From a candidate division WOR-3 bacterium (GTDB taxonomy: Bacteria > Hydrothermota > 32-111), in contig JBDRZU010000001.1 of the NCBI GenBank assembly GCA_039804105.1, positions 768,001 to 832,000 on the forward strand: 64,000 nt of DNA, read 5' to 3'. The translations under genes and the position numbers were made by a program. The notes beneath the pieces are model-generated. The model saw nothing but the letters and a program-made list of their open reading frames with translations, was not told where the DNA came from and ran no database searches. The first letter of the stretch is position 1. Every line of letters starts with the position of its first letter. Shown here one piece after another: positions 29,726 to 42,351 of this stretch.

Positions 29726-30311
29726 TTACTTTCCTTGATGTTATCACACTATCTATGATTCCATAATCTTTTGCCTCATCAGCACTCATCCAAAAATCTC
29801 TATCAGAATCCACCTCTATCTGTTTCAAATCTTTTCCCGTATGAAGCGATATTATTTCGTTGAGTTTTTGTTTTATCCTTAAAATCTCCTTTGCATGTAT
29901 CTCTATATCTGATGCCTGTCCCTGAACTCCTCCCATCGGTTGATGTATGAGTATTCTTGAATTTGGTAAAGCGAACCTTTTTCCCTTTGCCCCAGCCATA
30001 AGTATAACAGCTGCCATGCTCGCTGCAACTCCCATACAAATCGTGGATACATCACATTTGATATACTGCATCGTATCATAGATTGCAAGTCCACTGCTTA
30101 CTATTCCACCGTTGGAGTTGATGTATAGATTTATATCTTTGTCAGGATTATCAGCTTCAAGAAACAACATCTGTGCTATGATCAGATTCGCTGTCTCATC
30201 ATCAATTGGACCACCAAGAAAAATTATCCTGTCAACAAGAAGTCGAGAATATATATCATATCCCCTTTCTCCTCTTCCCGTTCTTTCAACAACCATCGGA
30301 ATAAGAGTCAT
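29712..30311 (-). CDS. clpP: Clp protease proteolytic subunit
   Basis: [24 protein letters not shown]. Confidence 0.98.
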   Translation of the reverse strand: MTLIPMVVERTGRGERGYDIYSRLLVDRIIFLGGPIDDETANLIIAQMLFLEADNPDKDINLYINSNGGIVSSGLAIYDTMQYIKCDVSTICMGVAASMAAVILMAGAKGKRFALPNSRILIHQPMGGVQGQASDIEIHAKEILRIKQKLNEIISLHTGKDLKQIEVDSDRDFWMSADEAKDYGIIDSVITSRKVNEKK

Positions 30312-30330
30312 AAAAACTCCTTTTTTAATT

Positions 30331-31569
30331 TTAAACTATTTCCACTCTGCTGTTTATAAGATCCATCGCTTTATTATAGATTATTGATTTTTCAATTTCC
30401 TCCCTCACACCTTCATCATCTGCCATCTCTCTGACTTTTGAGTTTGGATGTTGTTTTATCTTGTTTATCTCATTCTGAATCTCTTCCTCCGTTGCTTTTA
30501 TATTTTCCTGCAGAGATATTCTTGTTAAAATTATCTCTCGTTTTGCTCTCCAGACAGCATAGTTCAAATAGAGTTCCTGAAGTTTTTCATCATTTTCAAA
30601 CTCTTTTCTACCAGAATTTTTCAAAGAGTTCAATATCGATTCAAGGTGCATCTGAACAAGTGATTTTGGGGGATCAAAAGGATTCTGTTCTATAATATAG
30701 TTTATGACCTTCTCTTCCTTTTCAAGTTCATAATCCCTGTTAATATCGTTTTCAAGCCTTTTTTTTGTGATATCTTTCAAACTCTGAAAACTTTCAAATC
30801 CAAAATTTTTAGCAAAAATTTCGTCATCGTTTTCAACAATTTTTCTTTTGACCTGTTTCACATCTATTCCTATCGTCACCTTCTTTCCTTTGAGTAACTC
30901 ATCCTGATAATCTTCAGGATACTGATAATCGAATACAACTTTATCTCCCTGTTTTTTACCTTTTAAATTTTCTATGAAAACAGGAAGTATTTCACCTTCT
31001 GTTAATTCAATTGAAAAATCTTTGTAACTTAAATCTTCTATCTCTTTTCCGTCTTGATCTTTAAAACTCAAATCGACTATAGCAATGTCTCCTATCTCGA
31101 TTTCACCTTCTTTATCCTCGATTTTTGCATAAAGATTTTTCAGAAGTTTTATGTTGTTCTGTATCATTTCTTCATCAACATCTTTCTTTTTAATATCGAT
31201 TTTTATTTTGTCATAATTTTTTATTTCGATCTCTGGATAGATGTCAAATTCTACAACAAAATTTATTTTTTCGATACCTTTTTCAACTTTAGAAACTACA
31301 GGTCTTGAAAGTATATGGAATTCTTTTTCTTTCAAAACATTCAAAAAACCTCTCTGAACAAGTTTTTCCTCTGTTTCCTCCTCTATCTGGGTTTTGTATT
31401 TACTTTCGATCAGGTTCTCTGGAACTTTGCCAGGCCTGAAACCATCAATTTTTACTTCATTTTTGATTTCCTGTAAAACTCTTTTGTACTCAGATAGAAA
31501 CTCTTCATTGGTGAAACTTATGTTAAGAATAACATGCCAGTTTTCCTTCTGTTCAAAATTGTATTCCAT
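30331..31569 (-). CDS. tig: Trigger factor
   Basis: GFRPGKVP signature, FKBP-like middle domain, tig-clpP-clpX-lon order. Confidence 0.95.
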   Translation of the reverse strand: MEYNFEQKENWHVILNISFTNEEFLSEYKRVLQEIKNEVKIDGFRPGKVPENLIESKYKTQIEEETEEKLVQRGFLNVLKEKEFHILSRPVVSKVEKGIEKINFVVEFDIYPEIEIKNYDKIKIDIKKKDVDEEMIQNNIKLLKNLYAKIEDKEGEIEIGDIAIVDLSFKDQDGKEIEDLSYKDFSIELTEGEILPVFIENLKGKKQGDKVVFDYQYPEDYQDELLKGKKVTIGIDVKQVKRKIVENDDEIFAKNFGFESFQSLKDITKKRLENDINRDYELEKEEKVINYIIEQNPFDPPKSLVQMHLESILNSLKNSGRKEFENDEKLQELYLNYAVWRAKREIILTRISLQENIKATEEEIQNEINKIKQHPNSKVREMADDEGVREEIEKSIIYNKAMDLINSRVEIV

Positions 31570-31588
31570 AAATACTCCTTATATTTTA

Positions 31589-31670
31589 TGCGAAAGGGGG
31601 GAGTTGAACCCCCACAGTGTTACCTACTGGATCCTAAGTCCAGCGCGTCTGCCAATTCCGCCACTTTCGC
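31589..31670 (-). tRNA. tRNA-Leu(TAG), CCA not encoded
   Basis: GCGAAAG acceptor stem pairs with CTTTCGC-A; D arm TGGCGGAATTGGCAGACGC; anticodon arm CTGGA-CTTAGGA-TCCAG; long variable arm; GGGGG-TTCAACT-CCCCC T arm. Confidence 0.97.
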
Positions 31671-31684
31671 GGATTTAATTTTTT

Positions 31685-31713
31685 ATTTTATATAAAAAAA
31701 TTATATATGTCAA
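31685..31713 (-). promoter_or_regulatory. Promoter of tRNA-Leu-tig-clpP-clpX-lon
   Basis: TTGACA-N17-TAAAAT. Confidence 0.6.
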
Positions 31714-31748
31714 TAATGATGGGAACTATGTAAAGTCAAAAAAACCAA

Positions 31749-32729
31749 TTATTTTACCCTATCAAGATTTTCCTTATATTTTTTTGTATCCTCGTTATTT
31801 TCTCCATTCTCTTTTTTAGATATATCGTAGGCCTTCTGGTAATACTTTTTAGCATCAGATTTTTTCCCTAACTTTTCATAAGCAAGACCCATATTGTTAT
31901 AAGTGTTTGCAAGTTCGATGTTGTTTTTCGATTTTTCAAAAATTTCAGCAGCTTTTTTGTAATATTCAAGTGCTTTGTTGTATTCCTCTGTATAGTCATA
32001 TAGTACACCATAATCATTATATGTTACGCCCAGTTGATTGTTATTATATCCACCGTTAATTTTTAAAACACTTAGCGACTTTTCAAAATATGGTTTTGCC
32101 CCATCATAATCATCAGAATTTATGAAAAGCCATGCGAGTGTTCTGTAATCAACTCCAACAAGGGTGTCATTCTTTCCATAAGTTTTTTCTTCAACATCAA
32201 TCATTTTTTTCAAATATATTATAGCGTTAGAATAATCGTAAGCATATTCATAAATCTGATACAGATCGTAGTAAGGCATGATCAGATTTTCGTTGTAATC
32301 ACCATAACTGTTGTTTTCCTCAAACCATTTTATTGCATCTAAAAGATTTTCAGTTGCGAGATCATCGTAAAAATAATCAAAATAAAGATCTCCAAGGTTT
32401 GTTTTAACAATTGCAACATTTTTCTTTTCAGCATCACCACTTGCCTTGAAAGCGGTTATACTTTTATTGAAATATGTTTCAGATTCATCAAATTTATCAA
32501 GTTTTTTTGATATGAGTCCAAGGATATTGTAAGCGTGTCCTGCCTCAATACTTTTTGACCCGTATTGTTTCAAAGTATAATCGAGGAGTTCTTGAGCTTT
32601 GTTATATCCCATCTCATAGTTTCCTTTTGTGTAATAATTGTTCACAACATCATATCTATCCTGCCATTCATCAGCAAAAACTAAAACAGTAAAAATTAAC
32701 ATCACAAGCAAAACAAAAGACTTTTTCAT
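31749..32729 (-). CDS. Exported TPR-repeat protein
   Basis: Signal peptide MKKSFVLLVMLIFTVLVFA; kinesin-light-chain-like TPRs (YNILG, YNDYG, YNNMG). Confidence 0.8.
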   Translation of the reverse strand: MKKSFVLLVMLIFTVLVFADEWQDRYDVVNNYYTKGNYEMGYNKAQELLDYTLKQYGSKSIEAGHAYNILGLISKKLDKFDESETYFNKSITAFKASGDAEKKNVAIVKTNLGDLYFDYFYDDLATENLLDAIKWFEENNSYGDYNENLIMPYYDLYQIYEYAYDYSNAIIYLKKMIDVEEKTYGKNDTLVGVDYRTLAWLFINSDDYDGAKPYFEKSLSVLKINGGYNNNQLGVTYNDYGVLYDYTEEYNKALEYYKKAAEIFEKSKNNIELANTYNNMGLAYEKLGKKSDAKKYYQKAYDISKKENGENNEDTKKYKENLDRVK

Positions 32730-32752
32730 CTGTCCTCCTTCTGTTAAAAAAG

Positions 32753-32941
32753 TTATTTTTTGTTGCAGGTGTTTATTTTAAAGGGAACATAGAGAAGACA
32801 AAATCCGGTTATCGCTGTTAAAAGCAATATTCCCCCCAAAATATAAAAGACCCATAATTTTGTAAGATAACCTATTAAAGCAAAAATGATTGAGATAATT
32901 ATTCTGATGATCCTATCAATCTTTCCAACATTACATTTCAT
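32753..32941 (-). CDS. DUF2892 / YgaP-like small membrane protein
   Basis: NVGKIDRIIR...TGFCLLYVPFKINTC. Confidence 0.85.
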   Translation of the reverse strand: MKCNVGKIDRIIRIIISIIFALIGYLTKLWVFYILGGILLLTAITGFCLLYVPFKINTCNKK

Positions 32942-32960
32942 TTTTCCTCCTTTAAAAATA

Positions 32961-33299
32961 TCATCCTGGTGGCCAGTTCATCCTTCTTCCACCAAGTATG
33001 TGGAAATGTAGATGAAACACTGATTGTCCCGCTTCAGTTCCAACATTTGAAACAACTCTGTAACTTTCAAGACCAGATTGTTTTGCAACTTTTGAAATAT
33101 TTTTAACCAAAACACTTATTAAATTTTTATCATTTTCATCTATCTTATCGATCGATTCAATATGTTTTTTGGGAATAAGGAGTATATGAACTGGTGCCTG
33201 TGGGGAGATATCTTTAAAAGCAACACATACATCATCCTCATAAACGATCTGAGATTTTATCTCTTTCTTTGCTATTTTACAAAAAATACAATCATCCAT
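32961..33299 (-). CDS. hinT: HIT family nucleotide-binding protein
   Basis: DCIFCKI, GQSVFHLHFHILGG, WPPG. Confidence 0.93.
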   Translation of the reverse strand: MDDCIFCKIAKKEIKSQIVYEDDVCVAFKDISPQAPVHILLIPKKHIESIDKIDENDKNLISVLVKNISKVAKQSGLESYRVVSNVGTEAGQSVFHLHFHILGGRRMNWPPG

Positions 33300-33978
33300 T
33301 ATTCGCTCCTTTTAGATAATGGATTATCGAAAGAAAAGCAACTGCAAAAGTTTCTGTTCTTAAAACAGCAACATCAAAGAAAAAAGGTTTTACTCCATTT
33401 TTTATCAAGAACTCCTCCTCCTCTTTTGTGAATCCTGAAGGTGGTCCTATAAAAATATTAACAGATTCGCTTTTAAATTCAATAGTTTTTTCTACCTTTC
33501 TCTCAAGTGAACCAAAAAAAGAATCGATACTCCTATCAAAATCAATTTCAAAAAGTTCTATTGGTTCATTGTAAACTGGAATTTTGAATCTTCTTGATTG
33601 TTTTACAGCAGATTTCAAGATTGAAAAAACTCGGTCTTTTTTTAAAGGATATTTTTCACTTTTTTGCGTTATAATAGGAGTAAAAGATTTTACACCCAAC
33701 TCGGTACACTTTTCAAAAATAAATTTCATCCTGCTTTTATCACATAATCCAAAATAAATGTTTACAAATTCATTTTCAGTTGAATGATCAACTTTGATGA
33801 ATTCATATATTCTACCATACTTATCCACTATACCAGAATATAATATTCCATCACCTGTTGTAAACAATATCTTTGAAGGAATTCTTATTCTGTATACTGA
33901 AAGATGGTGAAGTTCATCTTTTGGAAGAAAAAAATTTTCACCTTTTTTTTCTGCGAAAAAAATCGGTTCAACCATCAA
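33292..33978 (-). CDS. rsmE: 16S rRNA m3U1498 methyltransferase
   Basis: [27 protein letters not shown]; downstream of dnaJ. Confidence 0.88.
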   Translation of the reverse strand: MMVEPIFFAEKKGENFFLPKDELHHLSVYRIRIPSKILFTTGDGILYSGIVDKYGRIYEFIKVDHSTENEFVNIYFGLCDKSRMKFIFEKCTELGVKSFTPIITQKSEKYPLKKDRVFSILKSAVKQSRRFKIPVYNEPIELFEIDFDRSIDSFFGSLERKVEKTIEFKSESVNIFIGPPSGFTKEEEEFLIKNGVKPFFFDVAVLRTETFAVAFLSIIHYLKGANNG

Positions 33979-35096
33979 AGAATCTTCTCAAGTTCCTTTA
34001 AAAGATTTTTAACTCTTAAATCAACATTTTTAGGGACCTCAATGTTGACTTTTACAAGTAAGTCCCCTACCTTTTTCGGGTTATTAGGATCTGATAATCC
34101 CTTTCCTTTTACAACAAAAGTTTTTCCCGATTCGGTTCCTTGTGGAATTTTTAATTTTATCTTCTTTCCATCTATTGTATCAATCGTGACTTCCCCACCT
34201 AAAACTGCTGTTGGATATTTTATATAAACTTCAGTTTTGAGATTATCATCCTCCCGAACAAATCTTTTATGGGGAACTTCCTGAAACACTATAATAAGAT
34301 CTCCATACTTGCCACCATTCTTACCAGCATTTCCTTCTCCCTGAATTCGCATATAAGAGTTATCGTAAACACCAGCAGGTATGTCAACTTTGACACTGTG
34401 TTCAACTTTGATTACTCCTTCCCCAAAACAATCTTTGCACTTTTTACCAATGACCTTTCCCTCTCCAGAACATGTTGGACAGGTTGCGACCTGAACTATT
34501 GTTCCAAACATCGATTGCTTTTTGTACTTCCTTTGACCAGTTCCTTTACAATCCGGACAAACAGTTATATCTGTTCCACCTTTACCATCACATGTTCTAC
34601 ATTTTTCATATCTTGTATATTTTAAAGTTTTTGTGGTTCCAGAATATATCTCTTCAAGAGTTAATCTTAAATTTATCTTTATATCTTTACCTTTTCTTTC
34701 CTGTTCATAATATTTTTCGCTTCTTCTTTCAGAAAATCCTCCACCGAAAAGATCATCAAAAATTGACGATCCAAAACCTCCCCTTGAACCAAAAAATTCT
34801 TTGAAAATATCTGAAATATCTTCAGCATGAGAAAAATCCTGCCAACTGAAACCACCCTGACTGAACTGTCCAGATACTCCTTCATATCCATAGGTATCAT
34901 AGAGTTTTCTTTTTTCAGGATCGATTAAAACCTCATACGCTTCAGATATCTCTTTAAATTTTTTTTCAGCTTCCTCTTTGTTGTCCTTGTTCAGATCAGG
35001 ATGATATTTTTTCGCAAGCGCCCGATAGGCTTTTTTGATCTCATCGGGCGTTGCGTTCCTATCAACATTTAAAATTTTATAGTAATCCTTTTCCAT
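33975..35096 (-). CDS. dnaJ: Chaperone DnaJ
   Basis: J domain with HPD, G/F region, four CxxCxGxG repeats. Confidence 0.98.
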   Translation of the reverse strand: MEKDYYKILNVDRNATPDEIKKAYRALAKKYHPDLNKDNKEEAEKKFKEISEAYEVLIDPEKRKLYDTYGYEGVSGQFSQGGFSWQDFSHAEDISDIFKEFFGSRGGFGSSIFDDLFGGGFSERRSEKYYEQERKGKDIKINLRLTLEEIYSGTTKTLKYTRYEKCRTCDGKGGTDITVCPDCKGTGQRKYKKQSMFGTIVQVATCPTCSGEGKVIGKKCKDCFGEGVIKVEHSVKVDIPAGVYDNSYMRIQGEGNAGKNGGKYGDLIIVFQEVPHKRFVREDDNLKTEVYIKYPTAVLGGEVTIDTIDGKKIKLKIPQGTESGKTFVVKGKGLSDPNNPKKVGDLLVKVNIEVPKNVDLRVKNLLKELEKIL

Positions 35097-35102
35097 CTTT
35101 CA

Positions 35103-37642
<2,540 letters not shown>

Positions 37643-37666
37643 AGTATTTCCCTATCTTTTTATGTT

Positions 37667-37694
37667 AATTTAATTTAAGTTTCCTTCCTGTCAA
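37667..37694 (-). promoter_or_regulatory. Putative promoter of grpE-dnaK-dnaJ
   Basis: TTGACA-N16-TAAATT; no CIRCE element visible. Confidence 0.55.
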
Positions 37695-37697
37695 GGT

Positions 37698-40343
37698 TTA
37701 ATTTATAAAAGTAAATTTTTTAGTTAAAACTCTTTCTGGTAATTCAATCCTTATAAAATATACCCCATTCGAAAGATTTGGGGTCAAAACAAATTCTTTT
37801 TTGTTCTTAAAAAAATATAAGGATGTAGAATGAACCAATCGTCCAGCACTATTATAAATCTTTATTCTACCGAATAAAGTTTTATCGGTTAGATAATTTA
37901 TGGTTATCTTGCCAGAAGATAAAAACTCTACATTGAATTTAAAATCTTGAAATTTTTGTTTTTCATCAAGAGTATAGTAAGGTGAAAACTTCGCAAAGAA
38001 AACACCATATTCGTTATCAGAAATAAAAACTCTTTTAGAAAGTGTATCAACTAAAACTTTTTCAACTCTGTTGTTTGGATAAAAACTTGATATTTCGTTA
38101 AGTCCCTCAAACGTATATATTCCAAAACCTTTTGTATTATTATAACCAATCACGCCGTTTTCAACAAGAGACAATCTATTAATCGTTCCAAGATTTTTGT
38201 TTTCAACAAATACGGGATTCAAAGGATCAGTGATATTATATCTTACAATTCCTGAATTTACAGCAGCAAGATAGAGATTATTATCTTTCACTTCACAGAA
38301 AGATTCATTATAACTTGTTGAGAAAAGAGATATTTTCGTAACACCATTTGAGGGATACGATGTTTTCATGATGTATATTCCATTCAGAAGATCTGTCAGA
38401 TAAAATATAGAATCGACCAAAGCGGTTGATGTATAATATTTAAGGGTTCCTTCACTGAAACTTCCAGCATTTTCAAATCTATAATCTGATTTGATATTTA
38501 AAACATAGAAAACCGACTGGGTTGTCAGGAATACAACATAATCTTTTATATCAACATCTGTAATATTCTGAACAACTTTGAAAGAATCTTTCAAAGAGGT
38601 TGAGTTCAGATTAAAAGTGTACAAAGCATTGTCTGTAACCAAAACAAAAATTGAATCGTTTAAGATTTTAAATTTTTTATAGTTGCGACCATCCTGATAT
38701 ATCTGTGAAACTTCTATCAAAGTTGTGTCCGAAAGATTAAGTTCATACAAACCTTTAGTTCCAGCACAAACCCATACATTTCCATCCACAAAATCGATAT
38801 CGTATGCGTTTGATAGATCAAAAGTATAAGATTTTAAATTGACATTGTTTGTGTCAGAACAATCGATTATATTTAAAGGATTGTAAACTCCATCTGTAGC
38901 GATCAGAGAGGATAAAATGTTATAAAATTCTGCTGATACATGAATCTGTCCTGAAATTTCTGGTGTAAAATATGAAAATGTATCAAAAGTTTCATTTATA
39001 AAATTTTTTGTTGTAAAATTGTTGTTTGTCCAGTAAAGTTTTGTCGAGAAGAGTGAATCAGAAATATTTTTAAAATATATTTTTCCTTTTAGACCTTTAA
39101 TATATTTTTTATTATCAATATTAAGGTTACCTGTTCGAAAGCTGTTACCACCAGCAGGTTTGACCTCATAAACACATGAATATGATAATTCTCCATTGAT
39201 ATTGGTATATAAATTCCAAAATGGTTCAGTATAATCCCATGTGTTATGGACTTGAACAAGAGTATCTGTTCCACCATCATCATAACCTATACCAACAACA
39301 GAGTGACCAATATATTCTCCCTGATAGTAATAGTTCAAAACAGCCCAATGCACAGGTCTTATTGAATCGATTTCATTCTTTATATATCTGTAAAAAAATG
39401 TGTCTGAAGTTTGGCCATAAATATGTTGCCCTAAAGTAAAAGAATAGGGATGATTTATGTTAGCAAATGTTGAATGTGCTGGTTTTATGCTATAAACAGA
39501 TGTCCCACCCTCATAAATCGAATCAGTATTCATAAGTATTGCAAGTTGCCTTTGTGTAGAAGGAACATTGTATCTATAAGATCCCAGAACATTATCATAC
39601 CTTGTAAAATAATAATCAACAAAATCACCATATCCTCTTGTATCATAATATGAAAAGATCATAGCAGAAGATGTGGGGGAACATCCATAGGACCATAAAA
39701 CAAAAGGAACATTCGGAATATAGTTTGTCGATTTTTTATCAGAAATTTTATATTCTCCTTTTAACACTTTTTGCCATTTATCACTTACCATATCGTTTTT
39801 TTGAAAACCAATTTTTTTGTATCTTTTATAAGTCGCAAGATCAAAAACACTTTCTTTATATTCATAAAAGAATCTTCCAAAACCTGCATAATATAAAGTT
39901 TTTCCTTCTTGTAAATTGAAATATTCTTTTAATTTTTTCCAATTCACGATGAAATATGGTATTCCTTTTGAATATTCAAGAATCACATTGTTTTCTTTTC
40001 TTGCGGAAATAATTATATATCCTACCCTATCTTTAAAAGATAAAATCTCTTCATCAAAATTTTTGCTTTCAATATTTTCGATCTCTTTTATCAATCTGGT
40101 AAAATCTATTTTTTCATCATAGGAAAAGAAAAACATGTATGCATAGAGATGATCATCAAGGTATGAAAGATATAAAGGTTCTTCATTCAAAATGTACTTT
40201 GGATTCAAACTATTGACTTTTAAAAAAGCAATATTTTTAGCAGTTTGGAGATCTACAAAATTATCTTCGATAATGGGTGTTTTAAACTGGGCAAAAATCG
40301 ATATAGATATAAGAAGAAATAAAAAACTAAAAAATTTTTTCAT
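37698..40343 (-). CDS. Secreted papain-fold cysteine peptidase (C39-like/C10) with beta-propeller-like repeats and a T9SS/Por-type C-terminal tail
   Basis: Signal peptide; WSYGCSPTSSAM (Cys), GHSVVGIGY (His), VHNTW; LVIVD-like repeats (LYLAAVNSGIVRYNITDPLNP); tail IKIYNSAGRLV...LSNGVYFIRI...KKF. Confidence 0.7.
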   Translation of the reverse strand: MKKFFSFLFLLISISIFAQFKTPIIEDNFVDLQTAKNIAFLKVNSLNPKYILNEEPLYLSYLDDHLYAYMFFFSYDEKIDFTRLIKEIENIESKNFDEEILSFKDRVGYIIISARKENNVILEYSKGIPYFIVNWKKLKEYFNLQEGKTLYYAGFGRFFYEYKESVFDLATYKRYKKIGFQKNDMVSDKWQKVLKGEYKISDKKSTNYIPNVPFVLWSYGCSPTSSAMIFSYYDTRGYGDFVDYYFTRYDNVLGSYRYNVPSTQRQLAILMNTDSIYEGGTSVYSIKPAHSTFANINHPYSFTLGQHIYGQTSDTFFYRYIKNEIDSIRPVHWAVLNYYYQGEYIGHSVVGIGYDDGGTDTLVQVHNTWDYTEPFWNLYTNINGELSYSCVYEVKPAGGNSFRTGNLNIDNKKYIKGLKGKIYFKNISDSLFSTKLYWTNNNFTTKNFINETFDTFSYFTPEISGQIHVSAEFYNILSSLIATDGVYNPLNIIDCSDTNNVNLKSYTFDLSNAYDIDFVDGNVWVCAGTKGLYELNLSDTTLIEVSQIYQDGRNYKKFKILNDSIFVLVTDNALYTFNLNSTSLKDSFKVVQNITDVDIKDYVVFLTTQSVFYVLNIKSDYRFENAGSFSEGTLKYYTSTALVDSIFYLTDLLNGIYIMKTSYPSNGVTKISLFSTSYNESFCEVKDNNLYLAAVNSGIVRYNITDPLNPVFVENKNLGTINRLSLVENGVIGYNNTKGFGIYTFEGLNEISSFYPNNRVEKVLVDTLSKRVFISDNEYGVFFAKFSPYYTLDEKQKFQDFKFNVEFLSSGKITINYLTDKTLFGRIKIYNSAGRLVHSTSLYFFKNKKEFVLTPNLSNGVYFIRIELPERVLTKKFTFIN

Positions 40344-40352
40344 ATATCCCTC

Positions 40353-40706
40353 CTATTTATTAGGGATAACACAGATAAATTTGAAATCCTCTTCAAAAGG
40401 ATTTTTAAACTGATGGATTTCGTTTGGTTCAACATAAACAAAATCACCAACACATATTTCTCTTTCTCCCTCAGAGGAAACAACAATACCTTTTCCACTT
40501 TCAACTTTTACAAGGTGTTCAAAGTCATGTTTGTGAAGAGGTGAATGTCCACCAGGTTTTACTGTAAAAAGTCGCATAATTATTCTTGTTGAACCTTCTT
40601 TTACTCCTATCGGAATCTGCCTTTCAACATTTTTTACACCATCATCTATTACTATATCTTTTTCAACATGATCAATATTATTTATCTTCATATCAATACT
40701 CCTCAT
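40353..40706 (-). CDS. Cupin domain protein
   Basis: PGGHSPLHKHDFEH...GDFVYVEPNEIHQF. Confidence 0.88.
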   Translation of the reverse strand: MRSIDMKINNIDHVEKDIVIDDGVKNVERQIPIGVKEGSTRIIMRLFTVKPGGHSPLHKHDFEHLVKVESGKGIVVSSEGEREICVGDFVYVEPNEIHQFKNPFEEDFKFICVIPNK

Positions 40707-41337
40707 GTGGATCTTTTTGTTTTATCAATTTTTTATAATTTTCTCCATAATAATCTTTTGCTTTCACGATCTTAATCTCTTTCATGTAATCACCTTTTGA
40801 GATTTTATCTAAAACTTCAATCTTTTCTATGACCTGACCGAAAACCGTATATTTCCCGTTAAGATGTGGTGTTGAATCGAGACATATATAAAATTGACTG
40901 CCTGCAGAGTTTGGATCCTGTGCTCTTGCCATAGCAACAGTTCCTTTGATATGTTTTATATCATTAAACTCAGCATCTATAGTATAGCCAGGCCCTCCCA
41001 TGTTTGTATTATCGGGACTACCTGTTTGGATCACAAATTTTGGTTCTACACGGAAAATTATCAATCCGTTATAAAATTTTTTTAAAGAGAGTGTTAAAAA
41101 ATTTTTAACATGATTTGGGGCTTTTTCTGGATAGAATCTTATAACCATCGTATCCTCTTCCTTTCCATCTTTTGATTGCCAAACAAACAAAGCAAGGTAA
41201 TCCTTTTTAAAATCAAAATTTTTTAAAGGATCTATAGTTTTTGTTTCCATCTTTTCCTCTTTTGTTTCATTTTTTTTACATCCATAAAATGAAAAGATTA
41301 TAAAAATTGTAAGTATTACAAAAACTATTCTTTTCAT
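40693..41337 (-). CDS. Cyclophilin-type peptidyl-prolyl isomerase, lipoprotein
   Basis: Lipobox FYGC; APNHVKNF, FRVEPKFVIQTG, AMAR, SAGSQFYI, YTVFGQV. Confidence 0.92.
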   Translation of the reverse strand: MKRIVFVILTIFIIFSFYGCKKNETKEEKMETKTIDPLKNFDFKKDYLALFVWQSKDGKEEDTMVIRFYPEKAPNHVKNFLTLSLKKFYNGLIIFRVEPKFVIQTGSPDNTNMGGPGYTIDAEFNDIKHIKGTVAMARAQDPNSAGSQFYICLDSTPHLNGKYTVFGQVIEKIEVLDKISKGDYMKEIKIVKAKDYYGENYKKLIKQKDPHEEY

Positions 41338-41347
41338 TTTAAACCTC

Positions 41348-42310
41348 CTATTTTCTTAATGTTATCAGATAAAGGTAAACAATATACGAGATAAGCATAA
41401 AAAATGAACCTTTTTTACCTAAAGAATGTTTTTTCCCAAGAAACATCAGACCAAAGAGCAAAAAAGTTGAATACAACAAGACAGAAAGATCAAAATTAAA
41501 AAAAGTTTTATATTCAACATTGTTTATTACACTGGAAATTCCAAGAATAAAAAGATTATTAAAAATATTGGATCCAATGATATTCCCTATTGCTATATCA
41601 CTATTCTTTTTATAGGATGCAACCGCTGATGTTACAAGTTCAGGAAGCGAAGTTCCAATGGCAACAACCGTAAGAGAAATGAAAGCTTCTGAAATTCTTA
41701 AAAACCTTGCTATAAAAATTGCAGAGGAAACAAGAAATTTTGCTGATATGAACAGAAATACCATTCCTAAAACTATAAAAACCAAAGATTTTTCAAAACT
41801 AAAAACTTTAATATTTTCTTCGACAACAGGTTCAACCTTTGCAATCTTTATAACATAATATAGAAAACAAACGAAAAATATTAAAAGAACAATACCTTCA
41901 CTTTTTGATAAAGAATTTGAAAAATTGGAACCATTTATAAATTTGTCGTTCAAAAAAATAAAAAGAATAAAGGCAGCAAAAAAGGAAAAGGGAATTTCTT
42001 TATAGGTGGTATTCTTTTTCACAACTATTGGATTTACAAGACCTGAAATCCCAAGTATCAAAAGTATATTTGTGATGTTGGAACCGATTATGTTTCCCAA
42101 AACTATCTCGTTATGTTTTGAAAAAGAGGAGATGATATTTATAACAAGTTCAGGTAAAGATGTTCCCATCGAGACAAGAGTAAGACCAATAACCATCTGG
42201 GAAACATTAAAATGTTTAGCTATCGATGAAGAACCTGCAACAAAAAAATCAGCTGATTTTATCAACACCAAAAGCGAAACTAAAAAGATTATTAACTGTA
42301 AAAAAAACAT
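41348..42310 (-). CDS. Calcium/sodium antiporter (YrbG/CaCA family)
   Basis: Two alpha repeats GTSLPEL and GNIIGSNI; start placed at ATG 42310. Confidence 0.92.
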   Translation of the reverse strand: MFFLQLIIFLVSLLVLIKSADFFVAGSSSIAKHFNVSQMVIGLTLVSMGTSLPELVINIISSFSKHNEIVLGNIIGSNITNILLILGISGLVNPIVVKKNTTYKEIPFSFFAAFILFIFLNDKFINGSNFSNSLSKSEGIVLLIFFVCFLYYVIKIAKVEPVVEENIKVFSFEKSLVFIVLGMVFLFISAKFLVSSAIFIARFLRISEAFISLTVVAIGTSLPELVTSAVASYKKNSDIAIGNIIGSNIFNNLFILGISSVINNVEYKTFFNFDLSVLLYSTFLLFGLMFLGKKHSLGKKGSFFMLISYIVYLYLITLRK

Positions 42311-42316
42311 AAAAAA

Positions 42317-42344
42317 ATTATATACCAATAAAATTTAAAGTAAA
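42317..42344 (-). promoter_or_regulatory. Putative leaderless promoter of the CaCA antiporter gene
   Basis: TTTACT-N16-TATAAT-N6-ATG; no SD sequence. Confidence 0.5.
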
Positions 42345-42351
42345 TATGAAA

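Noticed and set aside
31589..32941. tRNA-Leu as an integration site for an island
   Set aside because: No integrase and no duplicated tRNA 3' end were seen; tRNA-Leu before tig is a common arrangement
37667..37697. HspR (HAIR) or CtsR operator at the grpE and clp promoters
   Set aside because: Only the CTTGA half matches and it coincides with the -35 box; no proper inverted or heptad repeat
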